Translations under genes and position numbers: made by a program
Shown here: in pieces, positions 6,409-10,549 of the stretch
Layout of the letters: each line of letters starts with the position of its first letter
Position numbering within the stretch: position 1 is the first letter of the stretch
Notes under the pieces: model-generated
The model's database searches: none
What the model was told of the DNA's origin: nothing
Seen by the model: only the letters and a program-made list of their open reading frames with translations
Assembly (NCBI GenBank): GCA_046484135.1
Contig: JAWOBU010000172.1
Coordinates: 1 to 10,549 of the forward strand
Reading direction: 5' to 3'
DNA from: a bacterium
GTDB taxonomy: Bacteria > RBG-13-61-14 > DATKZS01
Length of the DNA stretch: 10,549 nt

Positions 6409-6467
6409 TCGGTACCCCGGATGGCTATACGGGCTACCGGACGCCGGGCGCCCTTCGGCACAGAATG
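6409..6467. repeat. Bipartite hairpin repeat B, copy 2
   Basis: Homologous to 6261-6308, with a longer variable middle segment. Confidence 0.75.
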
Positions 6468-6499
6468 CCTTGAATTGTGTATGGTGTCCCCGGAACTTA

Positions 6500-6561
6500 C
6501 GGAGGCCCCGCTTGTTTATGGGGCCTTACGACATGTAAGGGGGTTTTAGGGAGCTACACCC
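6500..6561. repeat. 62-bp direct repeat A, copy 2
   Basis: 59/62 identical to 6142-6203, offset 358 bp. Confidence 0.92.
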
Positions 6562-6618
6562 GGGAACGCGGCCGTCTCGGCCGCAGACAAGAGCGGGCGG
6601 GACACCCGCGATCCCAGG
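6560..6618. repeat. REP-like inverted doublet
   Basis: GGGAAC-GCGGCCG-TCT-CGGCCGC (6562-6584) faces GCGGGCGGGACACCCGC-GATCCCAGG (6593-6618). Each arm is a GC-rich hairpin and the two arms are inverted relatives. Confidence 0.65.
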
Positions 6619-6849
6619 CACAAACGCCAAACAACCTTATCGCCCGGCCGGCCTCCAAGCTCAGCAAATGGCGCCTCTACTCCCAAACCCGCACACCAGG
6701 CAGAAACTTAATTGTAAAGAACTGACCCCGCCACTCCGCCTCCCGCCCTCAGAATTAGGAATTTAACCAAGAAGCTCTCCTTTGTCCCTTTTTCGTCCGG
6801 CACAACAGGGGAAGCCTACTAAAGCCAATTAGGATGTTTTATAGCCGCC

Positions 6850-8166
6850 TCACCTCTCCTTGTCCACTTCGAGGATGCCTACGAGTGAGTGGGCGCAGCC
6901 GAGTCCTTTCTGGAGGCTGGTAACCAGGTGTCGGAGGGAGTAGCCGAGCTGTGGCTCGATGATGTTCTCGCGGGGGAGGCCCGCCACCAGCCAGCCCACG
7001 CTCTCGACCACCATCCTCATCCTCTCCATGGCCTCCTGCAAAGGCGCGGGATAGGTCGCGGGAATGGGGGGAGGATCGAAGTCAAAGCTCCTGGTTTTTT
7101 CGTTATAGGTATGAAGCAGATGGTCCACGTAATGGACCAGGGTGTTCCAGCACACCTGGATGTGCTCGAAGTAATCGTTCAGAAACTGGAACCCTTCCTT
7201 GGGGACATAGTTAATGTAGAGGGTGTTGAAGTCGGTGCGCATGTTGTTCTCGTGCAGGCAGTTTACGGCCTCCCGGATGGACTGGGCATAGGGCTGGTAC
7301 TGGCCGGTGTCCATGTGCCTGCCGGTGAACACGGAGCGGTCGAAAAACACCAGCGGCCTGATCTCGACGCCCGCCTCTTCGCTCGCCCGCTCTACTATGT
7401 CCTCGGCCTCGGTGCGGCTCATCAGGCGAAGAAACAGGCTCTCCACGTTCTCCAGGTGGTGCTCCCGCTCCTCCCGGTCAAAGATGTAATTGACCACGTA
7501 GTCCATGTTACGGTTCTCGGACAGGTCATTGGTCCACAAAGTCTGCCACTCGTAGGAGTAGCGGCCCAGCCAGTCGCACATGATAAGGCTCTGGTCTTTT
7601 GTCCGGCGGGCGATGTCCGCGAGCAGCTTTACCGCGTTCTCGTCCTCGTTAAAGTGCGAGCAGGTCCCGTAGGAGGTAAAGTAAAGGTCGTAAGGCTTCT
7701 CGCTTTCATCGAGGGGGAGTCCTTCGCTGAAGTCCCCCTTCTGGAAGACCATTTTGGGGTTGTCGTAATAGACGGACCGGGCCTGTTCCAAGAGGTCCTG
7801 GTTGAGATCAATGCCCTTATACAGTCCCAGGACGGTGGGGCTTATAAGGTCCACCTCTGTGCACTGGAGGTCTGCGTCCCGGTGGCGGATGCCTGCCAGT
7901 AGCTCGTAGCCGTCCGCGCTGCCGCAGCCCAAGTCCAGTATGCGGATTCTGCGCATCTCGTTCTGTCGTTTTTCGATCACCTTTTGCAGGTGGGGCCGGA
8001 GGAATGCGCGGGTTATCTCGTCCTCCCAGTAGAGCCGCACGTTGTCGTACTTGCCGAGAAGCCCGCTGCGCTTGGCGTACATTCCGCTTCGCACGGCGTT
8101 ACTGTACGCCTGCATCTGCTCTTCCTGGTCCGCCTTGTGGGAAGGAGTCCTGTTTTTTTCTTTCAT
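6850..8166 (-). CDS. Class I SAM-dependent methyltransferase (438 aa), substrate unknown
   Basis: Motif I RILDLGCGSADG, acidic post-beta2 YKGIDLN, KGDF and PYDLYFTSY, followed by a long C-terminal extension. ATG 8166 (MKEKNR) is preferred over TTG 8190 and lies 20 nt after the upstream mttB stop, preceded by GGGAAAGGCGG. Confidence 0.82.
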   Translation of the reverse strand: MKEKNRTPSHKADQEEQMQAYSNAVRSGMYAKRSGLLGKYDNVRLYWEDEITRAFLRPHLQKVIEKRQNEMRRIRILDLGCGSADGYELLAGIRHRDADLQCTEVDLISPTVLGLYKGIDLNQDLLEQARSVYYDNPKMVFQKGDFSEGLPLDESEKPYDLYFTSYGTCSHFNEDENAVKLLADIARRTKDQSLIMCDWLGRYSYEWQTLWTNDLSENRNMDYVVNYIFDREEREHHLENVESLFLRLMSRTEAEDIVERASEEAGVEIRPLVFFDRSVFTGRHMDTGQYQPYAQSIREAVNCLHENNMRTDFNTLYINYVPKEGFQFLNDYFEHIQVCWNTLVHYVDHLLHTYNEKTRSFDFDPPPIPATYPAPLQEAMERMRMVVESVGWLVAGLPRENIIEPQLGYSLRHLVTSLQKGLGCAHSLVGILEVDKER

Positions 8167-8186
8167 CTTGTTTCCGCCTTTCCCTG

Positions 8187-9665
8187 TCAATCGGGCAGGG
8201 TCTTTTCCAGTACGCCGGGTATCTTCGATTTTATTTCCTTTCGGAGCTCGGCCGGAAGACGGTTTCTCGGCATCTCTTTTATCTTTTCGTACTTCTTATA
8301 CGCCGCGTACAGCGCGTCCCGCTCCGGGTCTTCCAGCGGATAGTTGGTGTACACGTAGTCCCGGGTGGGAAGCGGCAGGTGGTATATATACATCTTCTGG
8401 CCGGTGCCCATGACCTCGCGGATCATGTCGAGGGTCTCCTGCTTGCGATCCGGGGAGATCCCGGTGCCATGCAAGGTGTGCTTTACCAGCCCGATGTGGG
8501 CGTTGTCGAGTATGGCCTGGACCGGGCAGAAGGTCTTGGTCCGCTCGAGGAGCCCGAAGGCGTAATGCACGTACTGCGGCCCGCCGGACGGCACCAGGAG
8601 ATGCGTAAGCAGTTTCTCCACCGTGGCCTGGATGCCCGGCCTCTCCTTGTCGGAGACACCGGCGCTCGCGTAGCACGGCAGCCCGTAGTACCTGGCCATC
8701 TGGGTGCAGTCCAGGCTGTAGTGGTTGAACTCGGGCGCGCCGTACATGTCGTTCAAGTTGTCCAGCCGCGTCCGCACCGGCACCGACCCGTACAGCACGG
8801 GGTTCCCCGGCGAGATTAGCTGAGTAAAGGTCACGCCCGCCAGTATCTCCGCGTTTATCTGGGCCACCATGCCGAACTCGTCAAAAGGAGCGGTGGCGCC
8901 GCCCATGGGAGAGCTCGATATCACCACCGGCAGGCCCTTCCCGGCGATCGCGGTAAGCGTCTCCGCGGTGTCCGTAACCATCTGGAGAGGGCTCTTGATA
9001 ACACAGGTGATAAAGGAAAACACCGGCTCCTTCTCGAAGCCGGCCGCGCCTCCGGCGATGATCCGGCCCGTCTCGACAACGTCGTCCAGGGCGTGCACGC
9101 TGGTGAGCCCGGCCATCACGTGCTTGCCGATGTTGTCCGCGCTCGCCAGGAACTTGTTCACGTCCTTGTTCGAGTCGTCTATCTCCTTGTCCTGGATGTT
9201 CACGTTTCTGATGAAGAAGTCCAGGTGCTCGAGGTTGTCGCAAAGGTGGGCGGAAAGCCGGAGCCTCTCGATGTTGCCGTCATGCACGGTGAAACGGGGG
9301 GACTCGCCCTCGAACTCGACCTCGAGCCACTCGTTCGTCTCCGAGCCGGTGCCGAAGCGGACCCGGGGTTCGGAAGCGTCCAGGATGAGCCGGTTGTCCG
9401 GATCGCGCGCGCCCAGCACCACCCTCGAGGGAGCGTCGGAAAGGGCCTTGTCCAGCAGCTTGGACGGTATCCGGATTCTGGTGCCGCCCTCTATGTCCTC
9501 GGTCTTCGCGCCCGCGTCCTGGAAAACCCGCACCGGAGCCTCGCTGTAACAGATGATCCCCGGGTCCTCCAGGAGCTCCCGCGAGGTCTCGTCCACAAGC
9601 TTGATCAAGTCTTCCGACAAACGCCGCTGCGGCTCCACCAGAACGCCTTCACGCTGCTTTTCCAA
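8187..9665 (-). CDS. Trimethylamine:corrinoid methyltransferase (MttB) superfamily protein, non-pyrrolysine, divergent
   Basis: 492 aa; TTG start with AAGGAGG 6 nt upstream. Family motifs include LLEDPGI, APSRVVLGARDP, FGTGS, SPLQM, PMGGATAP, NAEILAGV..TQLISPGNPVLYG and GAPE...QMARYYGLP.YASAGVSD. No in-frame TAG. Confidence 0.88.
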   Translation of the reverse strand: MEKQREGVLVEPQRRLSEDLIKLVDETSRELLEDPGIICYSEAPVRVFQDAGAKTEDIEGGTRIRIPSKLLDKALSDAPSRVVLGARDPDNRLILDASEPRVRFGTGSETNEWLEVEFEGESPRFTVHDGNIERLRLSAHLCDNLEHLDFFIRNVNIQDKEIDDSNKDVNKFLASADNIGKHVMAGLTSVHALDDVVETGRIIAGGAAGFEKEPVFSFITCVIKSPLQMVTDTAETLTAIAGKGLPVVISSSPMGGATAPFDEFGMVAQINAEILAGVTFTQLISPGNPVLYGSVPVRTRLDNLNDMYGAPEFNHYSLDCTQMARYYGLPCYASAGVSDKERPGIQATVEKLLTHLLVPSGGPQYVHYAFGLLERTKTFCPVQAILDNAHIGLVKHTLHGTGISPDRKQETLDMIREVMGTGQKMYIYHLPLPTRDYVYTNYPLEDPERDALYAAYKKYEKIKEMPRNRLPAELRKEIKSKIPGVLEKTLPD

Positions 9666-9748
9666 AAAATTCCTCCTTGTTCATATCCGCTCCAGTCGCT
9701 GATCGCGACTTAAGTCGTTCGCACTCGCTTCGTTTTATTTTCTAAATA

Positions 9749-9970
9749 GTGTCTGTTGCGAAACAGAGGCTTTGCTTACTTTTCCGGCGCTACTTTGGAC
9801 TGCGGCAGCTTGCTGCCGCTTTGTCCGCCGGGAAGCTTGCTTCCCGGAAATCTGCTCCACAAAAGGCTCACAGTTTACTAGCCGCCTTTTCATAAGTTCC
9901 GGCAAGCCGAAACTTATGAAAGCTTGAAGCTTGCTTTCGCACTCCATAAACGGAGTTTCGCAACAGGTAC
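9749..9970. mobile_element. 222-bp non-autonomous MITE with IS1182-like ends
   Basis: Terminal inverted repeats GTGTCTGTTGCGAAAC (9749-9764) and GTTTCGCAACAGGTAC (9955-9970) match 14/16, with the inner 12 bp perfect. Flanked by the direct repeat TAAATA (9743-9748, 9971-9976). No transposase. The IS1182 assignment is from recalled end consensus. Confidence 0.7.
9796..9946. repeat. REP-like palindrome cluster inside the MITE
   Basis: Hairpins GCGGCAGC-TT-GCTGCCGC (9802-9819), CCGGGAAGC-TT-GCTTCCCGG (9828-9847), TTTCATAAGTT-C-CGGC-AA-GCCG-A-AACTTATGAAA (9888-9921) and GAAGC-TT-GCTTT (9926-9937). The outer arms TGGACTGCG (9796-9804) and CGCACTCCA (9938-9946) are inverted. Confidence 0.8.
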
Positions 9971-9992
9971 TAAATAAGCTTCAGCCGGTCTT

Positions 9993-10549
9993 TTATTTCT
10001 GGCGTATTTCGGGAAAGCTCTCCAGGATGTTCTTGCGGGCGTCGGGCGGGAGCTTGCTTTCCGGCTTCGAGGCTCTTACTTCGCTTATAAAGTTCCTGGC
10101 CCGGGCCATGGCCGAGTCCTCGGTCTTGTAATTGGTTATCTGCTCCCGGTTGGCCAGCCTCGGATAGTAGAACTCGTCCCTCATGTACTTTACGGTGTGG
10201 CCCTCCGCCAGGAAGTCCTGGCCCGGTCCCTTCTCGATTATGAGGTCCGCGGCCAGGGTGTCGTCGTTTATCTCGATGCCCTTTAACACGCGCTGGGCCA
10301 TGCCCAGTATCTCGTTGTCCATGACCAGCTTTTCATACCCGATGGTCATGTCGAACTCCATGAGTCCCGCGGAATCGTGGATGTAGTTGGCCCCTGACAT
10401 GGCCACTAGGAGGTCGGACATGGCGCTCTCGTATGCCGCCTGGATGTCCACTTCCTTGGCGTCCGAGGTCCCGCCGGTCGAGTACAGCGGCAGGTCAAAG
10501 TGCTGGCTCATCTGGGAGACGGCAGAGTTTATCCTGGCCCGCTCGATGG
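9993..10549 (-). CDS. MttB superfamily corrinoid methyltransferase, non-pyrrolysine; C-terminal part, 5' end outside window
   Basis: The frame is open to the window edge (IERARINSAVSQMSQHFDLPLYSTGGTSDAKEVDIQAAYE). Also GANYIHDSAGLME, YEKLVMDNEI, DDTLAADLI..KGPGQDFL...HT, all canonical MttB C-terminal motifs. Confidence 0.92.
   Translation of the reverse strand, partial: IERARINSAVSQMSQHFDLPLYSTGGTSDAKEVDIQAAYESAMSDLLVAMSGANYIHDSAGLMEFDMTIGYEKLVMDNEILGMAQRVLKGIEINDDTLAADLIIEKGPGQDFLAEGHTVKYMRDEFYYPRLANREQITNYKTEDSAMARARNFISEVRASKPESKLPPDARKNILESFPEIRQK

Noticed and set aside
6142..6561. CRISPR or integron attC interpretation of repeat A
   Set aside because: Only two 62-bp copies, 358 bp apart; no RYYYAAC...GTTRRRY boundaries and no cassette ORF.
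6188..6725. Short ORFs 6188-6397 (-) and 6477-6725 (+)
   Set aside because: They run through repeats and palindromes and lack an RBS or protein-like composition.
6889..9713. Long plus-strand ORFs (337, 271, 226, 206 aa)
   Set aside because: Antisense shadows of the methyltransferase and MttB genes.
9735..9947. 70-aa minus-strand ORF between the mttB genes
   Set aside because: It coincides with the MITE/REP palindromes and has no RBS or recognisable motif.
8187..10549. Pyrrolysine-containing trimethylamine methyltransferase
   Set aside because: No in-frame TAG in the visible parts of either gene, and the Pyl-equivalent positions are Val and Thr, so the symbol mttB sensu stricto was not assigned.

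Overview
GC-rich bacterial chromosomal window, probably from an anaerobe (inferred from two MttB-family corrinoid methyltransferases). The genes are: a GalT-like HIT-family nucleotidyltransferase (+); a secreted DUF4412-like protein (+), preceded by a 27-codon sORF with a strong RBS; a GT-C-type polytopic membrane glycosyltransferase (-); a small CxxC/HxxC membrane protein (+); a two-gene unit encoding a secreted Arg/Gly/Met-rich protein with 108-bp internal repeats and a tiny acidic lipoprotein (+); and the distal end of a minus-strand cluster with two non-pyrrolysine MttB paralogues and a large class I SAM methyltransferase. The intergenic DNA is unusually structured. It includes a ~200-nt rod-like inverted repeat upstream of galT, a nested repeat mosaic with REP-like hairpins in the 751-bp convergent gap (6099-6849), and a 222-bp MITE between the two mttB genes with a 6-bp target duplication and internal REP-like palindromes. 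All family assignments come from motif recognition by eye; no database searches were run.
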